Source: Octopus vulgaris
Lineage: Eukaryota
Direction: 5' to 3'
Length of the DNA stretch: 64,000 bases
Assembly: GCA_951406725.2 (NCBI GenBank)
Contig: OX597831.1
Span: forward strand, 25,296,001-25,360,000
Numbering within the stretch: the first letter of the stretch is position 1; every line of letters starts with the position of its first letter. Positions 54,051-64,000 of this stretch are shown here, piece by piece. The position numbers were made by a program, and so were the translations under genes. The notes beneath the pieces were generated by a model. The model saw only the letters and a program-made list of their open reading frames with translations. It was not told the origin of the DNA and searched no databases.

Positions 54051-54212
54051 GTTATTGTTATTGTTATTATTATTATTAAGGTGGCAAGCTTGCAGATCAG
54101 TTACTGTGCTGGACAAAATGTTTAGCAACATTTCAAACATATGTATATTCTGATTTCAAATTCCTACAAGGTCAATATGCCTTTCATAAATATTAGTCAG
54201 ATGCTCATAGTA

Positions 54213-54253
<41 letters not shown>

Positions 54254-54285
54254 AAATTTAAGTAATGGAGTAGATAAAATTCAGG

Positions 54286-54323
<38 letters not shown>

Positions 54324-54324
54324 T

Positions 54325-54660
54325 AATGGACATGGTTGTGTGGTAAGAAGCTTGCTTCCCAACTATGCGATTCTGGGTTCCGTCCCATTGAGTAGTGCCT
54401 TGAGCACGTCTTCTAATATAGCCTTGTGAGTGGATATGGTAGAGAGAAACTGAAAGAAGACCATCATATACATGTGTGTGTGTGTGTATCTGTGTGTGTG
54501 TGAGTACTTCCACTTGACAACTGGTGCTGGCGTGTTTACACTCACCTAACTTGGTAGTTTGGGAAAAAGAGACATATAGAATAAGTACTGGACTCGATTC
54601 ATTTGACTAAAAAATTCTCTAAGGTAGTGTCCCAGCATAGCCACAGTAAAAAATAAAAGA
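54325..54660 (+). mobile_element. Diverged SINE A
   Basis: Family A homology. Confidence 0.7.
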
Positions 54661-54744
54661 TATATAAAATATATATATATATATATATATGGAAAAAAAG
54701 TCAAGGCAGAAAATGCTAAAATAATGTTGTAAAACAAATATCTC

Positions 54745-54958
54745 TATATATTATGGAGATGTACTTGCATAGCAAGTGACCTGATCTGAGATTGTGTGCA
54801 GGAACGAAAACAATTGCAGTGTGGAAGGTGTTTATAAGCCATTTAAGAAACACACAAAAACCATTAGATTCACTTCAACATTTAAATTTAATTTGCCAAA
54901 ATATTTTCGTCACTTTGAGACCACGACCTGTTCACTGAGAAATTTCCATGCAGCATCT

Positions 54959-54963
<5 letters not shown>
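54745..54963 (-). mobile_element. Probable Penelope-like pLTR remnant
   Basis: (TA)n-flanked, carries a hammerhead variant, and is homologous to 8696-8736. Confidence 0.55.
54892..54942 (-). ncRNA. Minimal hammerhead motif with a compensatory G3-C8 core
   Basis: tttctca GTGAACA g gtcgt-ggtctcaaa-gtgac GAAA atat TT tggcaaa. One mismatch in stem I. Confidence 0.6.
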
Positions 54964-55013
<50 letters not shown>

Positions 55014-55777
55014 ATATATATAGATATAGATATAGACATACATACATACATACATACATACATACATACATACATACATACATACATACATACATACATA
55101 CATACATACGTACGTACATTTATATAATTTTAATGTTTAGCTATGTTTTCTACCTTCTTGTGCTTTGTTATATATGCAATAATTCTAGCTCAAAATTGGT
55201 TCCTTGAAGAGCTTCTTCATTGAATGTCAATAATCTTCAGGCATGCAGCATCACACTTCTTACATTAAGATAAGGATTAGTGGTAAAGTGGAGGCTTAGA
55301 TAAGAGGCATAAATGAGAGATTACTTGACTGAAAATCTCATAATGCTCTCATCTTTTCCTCATGAGTCATCTTAAAATGAAATATAAAGCTTTCAGACAC
55401 TTGAGCTTTTACAACATAAAGCTTTTTGAATTAGAATCACATTGCCTAGTGTTTATCAGATTTAATGATACAATATTCTATGGCTTGATACCCTTCCAGT
55501 CAGCAACACTTTTATAATTTGAAATATTTATACATACATGAAGCCAATGAAACTACTATACTATGGTGGGGGTGTATTGTTCATAGAAGAAGTAAATAAG
55601 TTCATAATTGTTGAAATGATGTCAGTATAAAGACATTTCAAAGCAAATGCATGCACAGAAACTTGTACATATACATAAAAATATAGACGTACATATATAA
55701 ACATATATACATACACACATGTATATATATTTATAGTTGGAATTTACAAATAACAAAAGATAAAGACAGATGTAGAG

Positions 55778-56023
55778 AGAGGGTTGGCCAAAATTCACCC
55801 TACAGTAAATCAAGATTCTATAAACACTTAATATTCAATTTTATTTATTCATTCCAATTATGAATGGTTAATAATTGAATGCTGTGAGTTAAAATCACCG
55901 TTTTTTTTTTAAACATTTCTTTATTTATAAGCAAAGTCTCATATAAGATAATTGTTTGTTTTAATCTTGGAATTACATGGGTTTTTTTGATGTACTGTCA
56001 GGTGAATTTTAGCCAACCCTGTA
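55778..56023. mobile_element. Tc1/mariner-type MITE
   Basis: TIRs agggttggccaaaattcaccctacagta / tactgtcaggtgaattttagccaaccctg-ta. Confidence 0.75.
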
Positions 56024-56249
56024 TATATTTATCATCATCATCATCATCCTTTAACGTCCATTGTCCATGCTGACATGGGTTGGATGGTTTGACTGAGGTC
56101 TGGACAGCCAGTGGCTGTACCAAGCTCAAATATTATCTGGAAATGTTTCTACAGCTGGATGCCCTTTCTAACGCCAACCACTCCGAGAGTATAGTGGGTG
56201 CTTTTTATGTGCCACCAGCACAGAAGCCAGTCAGGTGGGCCTGGCATCG

Positions 56250-56349
<100 letters not shown>

Positions 56350-56416
56350 TATATATATATATTCATACATGCACCTACATATGTGCATACATATACACTC
56401 GTGCTTGTGCAGGTAT

Positions 56417-56459
<43 letters not shown>

Positions 56460-56681
56460 TATACACAACAGGCTTCTTTCAGTTTCCAACTACCAAATCC
56501 ACTCACAAAGTGCCACACAGTAGGAGTGAACCCAGAACCATGGGGTTGTGAAGGAAGTTTCTTACCACACAGGCATGTCTGCACTTATCTATATACAATG
56601 CGCATGTATATGTATATATCTATTTTCATGCTTATACACGTATTATGTGATCTTCTAGTAACTTACATGATTAAATAACCA

Positions 56682-57048
56682 CAGGCATAGAAGAGGCTGC
56701 GTGGTAAGAAGCTTGCTTCCAAACCACATGGTTCTGGGTTCAGTATCACTGCATGGCACCTTGGGCAAGTGTCTTCTACTATAGCCTCAGGCTGACCAAA
56801 GCTTTGTGAGTGGATTTAGTAGACAGTAACTGAAAGAAGCCCATCATATATATATATATATATATTTATATATGTATATAAATTAGAAAAAAAACACCTT
56901 TTATCAATTCAATAATGAAAAAATTAAATTATACCATTTAGAAAAAAATTACATCTTATAGAAAAATTAAATGTAAGATGAAAACGTATACCAATGATTA
57001 AGTAATGTGCAAAATAATAAATAAAACGTATATATTTGGTAGAATGAC

Positions 57049-57082
<34 letters not shown>

Positions 57083-57290
57083 TTTGTGTGTCTGTGTTTG
57101 TACCCCCACCATCGCTTGACAACCGATGTTGCGTTTACATTCCCATAACTTAGTGGTTCAGCAAATGATACTGACAGAATAAGTACTGGGTTTACAAAGA
57201 TTAAGTCCAGGGGTTGATTTGTTTGACTAAAAGTGGTGCTCTTGCATGACCAATGTCAAATGACAGAAACAAGTAAAAGAATAAAAGAAT
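56682..57290 (+). mobile_element. SINE A with an AT-rich insert (~56880-57050) in its (TA)n
   Basis: Family A head and tail are separated by foreign DNA. Confidence 0.8.
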
Positions 57291-57936
57291 AATAGCTTCC
57301 CTTCCTTGCTTAATCTCTTTGGAAGCCAATAAATTGGTCTTGTTTTCGGTGAATTATCAGATTAAGCAGCACGAGCTTTCCCTTTGATCTAACTGATTAT
57401 TCAATTATCAATAACACATACAATCATCATCATCATCATCATCGTTGTCATCATCATCTTTCTCATTGCCATAATCATTTTAATGTTCACTTTTTATGTT
57501 CACATGGCTCTGATGGATTTGTGAAGACAAATATTCTAGAGATGGATGCCCTTCCTGTTGCTAACCCTCACACTCACACCCACAAACACACACGTTTTTG
57601 TGTGTGCATATGTGGTTGTGTGTGTGTGAGTGTGTGTGTGTTTATATATGTTTGTGTGTGAAGCCTGTGTTTGTATATGTGTGTATATATCTGTAATTGT
57701 GTATGTCGGTGCCACATAAAAAGTACTCATGCTGGTGCCACATAAAAGCACATGTGCCAATGGCATGTTAAAAGCACCCAACACACATTGTAAAGTGGTT
57801 GGCATTAGGAATGGCAGCTGGCTGTAGAAACTAAACCAAATCCAACTGCATTTGGTGCAGCTCTCCGGCTTGGCAACTCAAGTCAAACCATCCAATCCAT
57901 ACCAGCATGGAATATGGATGTTAAAGGAGGAGAATG

Positions 57937-57974
<38 letters not shown>

Positions 57975-57977
<3 letters not shown>

Positions 57978-58346
57978 TTGATCACTTTGACCAACCAGGC
58001 CATCGGGCGTCCATTTGACACTGCTGGTCACAGCACGCTGTCCACTCTTCTCTGGATTGCACTTTTCTCATCCATATGATCCCAATCGTCCTCCTGCAAT
58101 CGTAACTGCACCATTGTGGAGGCCTTCTGAGTGGCTGTTTCTGCTTGTGTAGTTACCACTTGACAACTGCACGGGTGCACCGATTATCGGTGAGCCGGAC
58201 GACGTGTCCAGCCCATCTAAATTTGCTGCATGTATATTCTATGATGACATCTCTCATGCCGGACTTCTCTCTGATGACCTCGCTACTGATATACTCTCTC
58301 AACGAGATTCCAAGCATTGACCTCTCCATGGCTCTTTGAGCCATTA
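57975..58346 (-). pseudogene. RTE-type LINE 3' coding fragment
   Basis: AQRAMERSMLGISLRE...IREKSG...KFRWAGHVVRLTDNR. Lies between (TA)n tracts. Confidence 0.85.
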
Positions 58347-58355
58347 CCAATATAC

Positions 58356-58404
<49 letters not shown>

Positions 58405-58603
58405 AAATAAGGATTCAGATAGAATCAGGAACTTGAAAAGATATGTATCACTTAGAGTTGGATAAACCTGTGATTCCGGCAGATAGTTGGTAAGTATCAA
58501 ATAGGATATTCTGGTTGTGTACACAGAGAAAACCAACTTTATAAGTATTTAGCACCTTACTGACATTTATCCATCATCTGTTATCATTCATTTGATGATG
58601 ATG

Positions 58604-58642
<39 letters not shown>

Positions 58643-58758
58643 AATTAAATTAGAGATTATGAATGGTTTTATCTCTAATTTAATTTGTATTTATACTGTG
58701 AAATTTGATTTAATCCTAAATCTAATTTTTCCCTGTAAGTTTGGAGCCATACTCCCTA

Positions 58759-58831
<73 letters not shown>

Positions 58832-59420
58832 TATACACACACAAAGAAGCCTGTTGTATAATAAATACTGGGAGTGAAATGTTTCATTAAACCATTCAAG
58901 GCAGTGCTCCATCATGGCCATGTTCCAATCACTGAAAAACATAAACAATAAAATAAAATAGAAAAGATAAAGATATTAATGTTTGAAACTATATCTCTTC
59001 AGTGTAACAGAAAGTATTTCTTTCTAATAAGACTGACAAAAAACAAAAAAAAATCAATGATCATGAAAACCTGTTTGCAATCATAATACTATTGGAGTTA
59101 TATTTAATGAAGTAAAATAAAAGGACATTCTTTGAGTGACATGTTTACATATAGCGAGATTGACACTTCAGTGTATGAGTAAATATCCTTACTGGATATA
59201 TATATATATACAAATATATATATGTGTGTGTTTGTGTGTACAAATTTATATGTTTTATGCATGTATTCTCATGCATATAGTTGTATATCTAGACGTACTC
59301 ATATATATTTAAATGATAAACTTTTGAAAAGTATGTATTATGTATGTATGTATGTATGTATGTATGTATGTATGTGTATGTGTATACATACATGTATTGA
59401 GGCATTACCACATACTCTAC

Positions 59421-59820
59421 ATGGAGTGGCTGTGTGGTAAGTAGCTTGCTTACTAATCACATGGTTCTGAGTTCAGTCCCCCTCTGTGGCACCTTGGGCA
59501 TGTGTCTTCTGCTATAGCCTTGGGCTGACCAAATCCTTGTGAGTGGATTTGGTAGACGGAAACTGAAAGAAGCCTGCTGTATATATATATATATATATGT
59601 GTGTGTATATATATATGTTTGTGCATTTGTGTTTGTTCCCCCACCATCACTTGACAACTGATGTTGTTGTGTTTACATCCTTGTAACTTAGCGGTTCAGC
59701 ATAAGAAGCCAATAGAATAAGTTCTAGACTTCCAAAGAATAAGTCCTGGGGTCGATTTGTTTGACTAAAGGCAGTGCTCCAGCTTGGCCACAGTCAAATG
59801 ACTGAAACAAATATAAGAAT
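59421..59820 (+). mobile_element. SINE family A, full length
   Basis: Colinear with family A. Confidence 0.9.
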
Positions 59821-59931
59821 ATATATAAAAAGAGAGAGCGAGTGATGCAGATAAACACATACATATTGATATGTATATGTGCATGTGTTTATTGTTATGA
59901 ATATATGTAGTTAGATATATCTATCTATCTA

Positions 59932-60012
<81 letters not shown>

Positions 60013-60014
<2 letters not shown>

Positions 60015-60268
60015 ATAATAAATATTAGGGAATGAATCCAAAATTACAGGGAAAAATCAGATTTAGGGTTAAATCCAATTTTATAGTAAAATATTATATA
60101 ATATAATTCGAGACAAAACCACTATTTTAAAACCAAACAAGGAAAGACTTAATCAATACATAAAATTTTTATATAAATTAAATAAACCGCCACTACAAAT
60201 GTTTCATGTCTGCTACCGACAATCTTCAGGTGGATTTTCGATCTTCTAATCAGTATCAAATTTTGATA
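60013..60268 (-). mobile_element. Probable Penelope-like pLTR remnant (diverged inverted relative at 58640-58762)
   Basis: (TA)n on both sides; contains a hammerhead motif. Confidence 0.6.
60190..60233 (-). ncRNA. Minimal type I hammerhead ribozyme motif
   Basis: ccac CTGAAGA t-tgtc-ggtagca-gaca-t GAAA catttg TA gtgg. GUA triplet; U.U at the base of stem II. Confidence 0.7.
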
Positions 60269-60351
60269 TATATACACACTGAAAAGTTCCTGGCTTTGGA
60301 TAAAAGAAAATACAGGAGGATCAGTTAATTATGATTATATTCAACATACAT

Positions 60352-62191
60352 ATTATATTCACCAATCATGTCAGAGCCAATTTCGAATGGACGGGAACTG
60401 TCTCGAGATAGTGTCTCATGTCTTCAATCCAGCAGTGTATCATTCATACTTGTTTTGGTGAACAACTCCATGGAGGATAAGAACTTTATGAAACAACATA
60501 TTCACCCGTTCTGCATGAGTTTCAAAAGAAAAGAATCACTACAAAAGCATTGATAAATATTTGTGAAGTGTATCTGGATACTTTGAAAGCTTGTACATGT
60601 CAGCTGTGGTTTCAAAAGGTTTAAAGATGGTGATTGTCGCATATCTAACAAGCCTTGCTCTGGAAGATAACCCAACTGAATGAGACTAATGTATTGAATC
60701 CACATCAAAGTACAGGAGATTTAGAGCAAATATTTAATGTGTCATGTTTAACCATCCACAAGCATCTCAATTAAACTGGGAAAACCTACAAAGAGGGAAT
60801 TTAAGTTACACATGAGCTTACGCAAGGGGGCCAAACACAACATTCCATCAGCTGTAGAGTCTTCTAGCTAGGAATAACAACCTGTCGTTTCTGCAGCGCA
60901 TCGTTACAGGTGATGAAAAATGAGTTTTGCATCACAGAAGAAATTTAAAAAGACAATGGTTATCACATAGTGAGAGGCCAGTGCCAACACCAAAAACAGA
61001 ACTCCATCCACAAAAATCCTTGCCCTGTGTTTGGTGGAACATGAAAGGTATCATCTGTTACAAGCTACTGGAACACCAATGCAGATGACCCTCAGTGCAG
61101 ATGACTATTGCCCTATGTTTGGTGGAATATGAAAGGTATCATCTGTTACAAGCTACTAGAACACCAATGCAGATGTCCCTCAATGCAGATGACTATTGCC
61201 CTATGTTTGGTGGAATTTGAAAGGTATCATCTGTTAGAAGCTACTGGAACACCAGTGCAGATGTCCCTCAATGCAGATGACTATTGCCCTATGTTTGGTG
61301 GAATATGAAAGGTATCATCTACTACAAGCTACTGGAACACCAGTGCAGATGTCCCTCAATGCAGATGACTATTGCCCTATGTTTGGTGGAATTTGAAAGG
61401 TATCATCTGCTACAAGCTACTGGAACACCAGTGCAGATGTCCCTCAATGCAGATGACTATTGCCCTATGTTTGGTGGAATATGAAAGGTATCATCTGTTA
61501 GAAGCTACTGGAACACCAGTGCAGATGTCCCTCAATGCAGATGACTATTGCCCTATGTTTGGTGGAATATGAAAGGTATCATCTGTTACAAGCTACTGGA
61601 ACACCAGTGCAGATGTCCCTCAATGCAGATGACTATTGCCCTATGTTTGGTGGAATATGAAAGGTATCATCTGTTACAAGCTACTGGAACATCAGAGCAG
61701 ATGTCCATCAATGCAGATGTCTATTGCCAACAATTTGATGATGTAAATGAAAAATTTCATCGGAAGTGGCCAGCTTTGGAAAACAGAAGAAGTGTTATTC
61801 TCCAGTATGACAGTACACAGCCACACTCTTCAAAACAAACCGAAGGAAAAATAAGATCATTAGGATGGGAATTTCTTCCACATCCTCCAGACTCATCTGA
61901 CATAGCACCTACAGTTATCATCAGTTCCAATCACTGGAAAATTTTATAAGAGGCAAAACATTTGGAAACAGAGGATGTTGAAAACAGTTATTCATATTCC
62001 TTCTATTTTTTTAAGGGGAAAGAAATAGGTTCCTTTAAACATGGCAGAAAAAAGTTACTTTCCCATTTGGCTGAAATCATTAAAAATGGAAGTGATTACA
62101 TTCTTGATTACAACTATACAGATAAACATAGTTTACATTCATTTTTATATCTTTTCTAGTAAAATGCAATTACTTTCCAAACACCCTAATA
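60352..62191 (+). pseudogene. Decayed mariner (DD34D-type) transposon
   Basis: FKRFKDGD, IVTGDEK* (stop at 60921), LHPQK..CVWWNMKGI, LQYDSTQPH, LGWEFLPHPPDSSDIAPT. Right TIR gcaattactttccaaacaccctaa-TA; left TIR not seen. Confidence 0.9.
61020..61728 (+). repeat. 8 x 88-bp tandem array inside the transposase
   Basis: Units start at 61020, 61108, 61196, 61284, 61372, 61460, 61548 and 61636. Confidence 0.97.
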
Positions 62192-62463
62192 TGTATATAT
62201 ATATGTATATATGTAGACAAAATAAATAAGTAGATTGCTTACATGTCTGCACTAATATAAACAACCTTTAAATTAAGGCAGATATTAAGCTGCCTCATAA
62301 GGTTTGAAGAAATCCATGTTAAATTATAATCCCTTAACAGAATGTCTCTAGAATGCAAAGTCAAGTTTGTGTCCATGTGTGTGTACGTGAGTGTGTGTGT
62401 GTGCGTGTGTGTGTACAATTCTATTCAGAGGGTTTTTTTAGCCCAATATTTACTAGCTACTAT

Positions 62464-63128
62464 ATTTCATTTTTGGATTTGGTTTGCAAGATTCTTTATG
62501 TGAGTTCGTGTGTTGAAGCATATTCTGTTGTGTCTGGAGAGAGTCTTTCTCTTTTTGTGCCTTATGATTTAACACACTCACCGGTAAAATTTGCACCTAT
62601 TTCTTATTTTCATTTTTATTTTTATTTTTATAAAAATAAGAAATAAGTGGAAATTTTACCGGTGAGTGTTAAGTTAAGTTAAGTTAATTTTTTGGCTCAA
62701 AAAGCAAAAAGCAAGGTCATGTAGGGGGACATAGAGTTATGTACAGGGATGTTCATGCAAAGAGTTCAGGCCATTTCTGCTCAAGAGAGACTTTGAACTG
62801 AGCGGTCATCAGCATCTTCACTATCTCGTCCGGCAGCTTATTCCACGGATCCGCAACCCGGACGGAGAAAGCCCCTCTCCTTCGATTGAGATGAAATCGT
62901 CGCAGATAGAGCTTTTCGGAGTGACCCCACAGCCGACGCTCTGGAGCAGGAGTGAAGAACAGCTCTTTCGAGAGGTTACACTTTCCGCTTATTATGTTGT
63001 GAGGAAGAATGAGATCACCACGGCGGCGGCGTTTTTCTAGAGAATAAAGGTCGAGCGTCTTCAGCCTGAGTGTGTTAAATAATAAGGTACAAAAAGAGAA
63101 TGACTCTCCCCAGACACAACAGAATATA
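62464..63128. mobile_element. Fold-back cassette (same family as 1976-2252) with its right arm split by a LINE
   Basis: Left arm ~62520-62610; right arm 62633-62669 + 63074-63128. Confidence 0.7.
62670..63066 (-). mobile_element. 5'-truncated CR1/L2-group LINE
   Basis: Stop-free RLKTLDLYSLEKRRRRGDLI...FSVRVADPWNKLPDEIV...*, (AACTT)n tail, TSD tgagtgt at 62663-62669 and 63067-63073. Confidence 0.88.
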
Positions 63129-63614
63129 TTTGCTGTTATTTATAGTTTTATCGGCTTTGAGATTTGCCCCATCAAAAAAGAATTTTATTTGTGTGTGTGT
63201 GTGTGTAATCCTTTTGTGTGCATCAGATGTCATCGCACATTTTGTCTTCAAATTTGTCCCATTGTTCTTGACAAACGTGGAAGTGGTGAAAGCCTCACAA
63301 GCATACATTCGCACATATATTCTTTCCATGTGTACCCTTGTACAGTTGCAGCTTGTGTATGTGTTCTTACACTCATTTACACAAACACATAAGCATGCCG
63401 TCAATGTACTTCATACCTACTTTGGCATGGTGACAAGTGTTACAGAGCTGCAAAATGGCTAAATGGATAAAGTATTTGAAACTATCACAAGGCTAATGAT
63501 ATAGACACACCTACAGCAGTAAGTTCATTAACATAATTAATGAAAGTAGGTGTGGTGCACTGTAAGGTAATGCAGAGAACAAATTATCAGGTGTGGCAAA
63601 AATATTCCACATAC

Positions 63615-63802
<188 letters not shown>

Positions 63803-63882
63803 GTTTTAAGTTTTGGCACAAGACTGGTAATTTTGGGGGAATATATATACACATATATACACACACACACACATATATATGT

Positions 63883-64000
63883 GTGCAAGAGTAGCTGCAT
63901 GGTAAGTAACTTGCTTATGAACCACATGGTCCTGGGGTCAGTCCCACTGTGTGACACTTTGGGCAAGTGTCTTCTACTATAGCTTCAGGCTGACCAAAGC
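63883..64000 (+). mobile_element. SINE A head, truncated by the window edge
   Basis: Family A homology. Confidence 0.85.

Noticed and set aside
61020-61728. CRISPR-like array
   Set aside because: The units are contiguous with no unique spacers, derive from transposase coding sequence, and lie in eukaryotic DNA with no cas genes.

Overview
AT-rich eukaryotic DNA dense in microsatellites and transposons. The dominant tRNA-derived SINEs resemble octopus OR-type CORE-SINEs, so a coleoid cephalopod (Octopus) origin is inferred from recall, not from a search. No intact cellular gene is evident, and almost all ORFs in the track are microsatellite or SINE artefacts. Repeats include: more than 25 copies of one CORE-like SINE; a MetaSINE-like family that recurs as tandem multimers; 5'-truncated RTE, CR1/L2 and R4/Dong-type LINEs; decayed mariners, one carrying an 8 x 88-bp internal amplification; MITEs; and Helitrons. 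Three observations stand out. (1) Small cassettes, mostly (TA)n-embedded and several fold-back, probably Penelope-like pLTR remnants, carry minimal hammerhead-ribozyme motifs, including a compensatory G3-C8 core variant. (2) Three phase-compatible candidate microexons on the minus strand (25, 25 and 35 nt over 31 kb) suggest the window is intronic to a very large gene. (3) A nest of R4/Dong insertions in a (TAA)n array contains a ~320-bp palindrome. Repeat boundaries were read by eye and are approximate.
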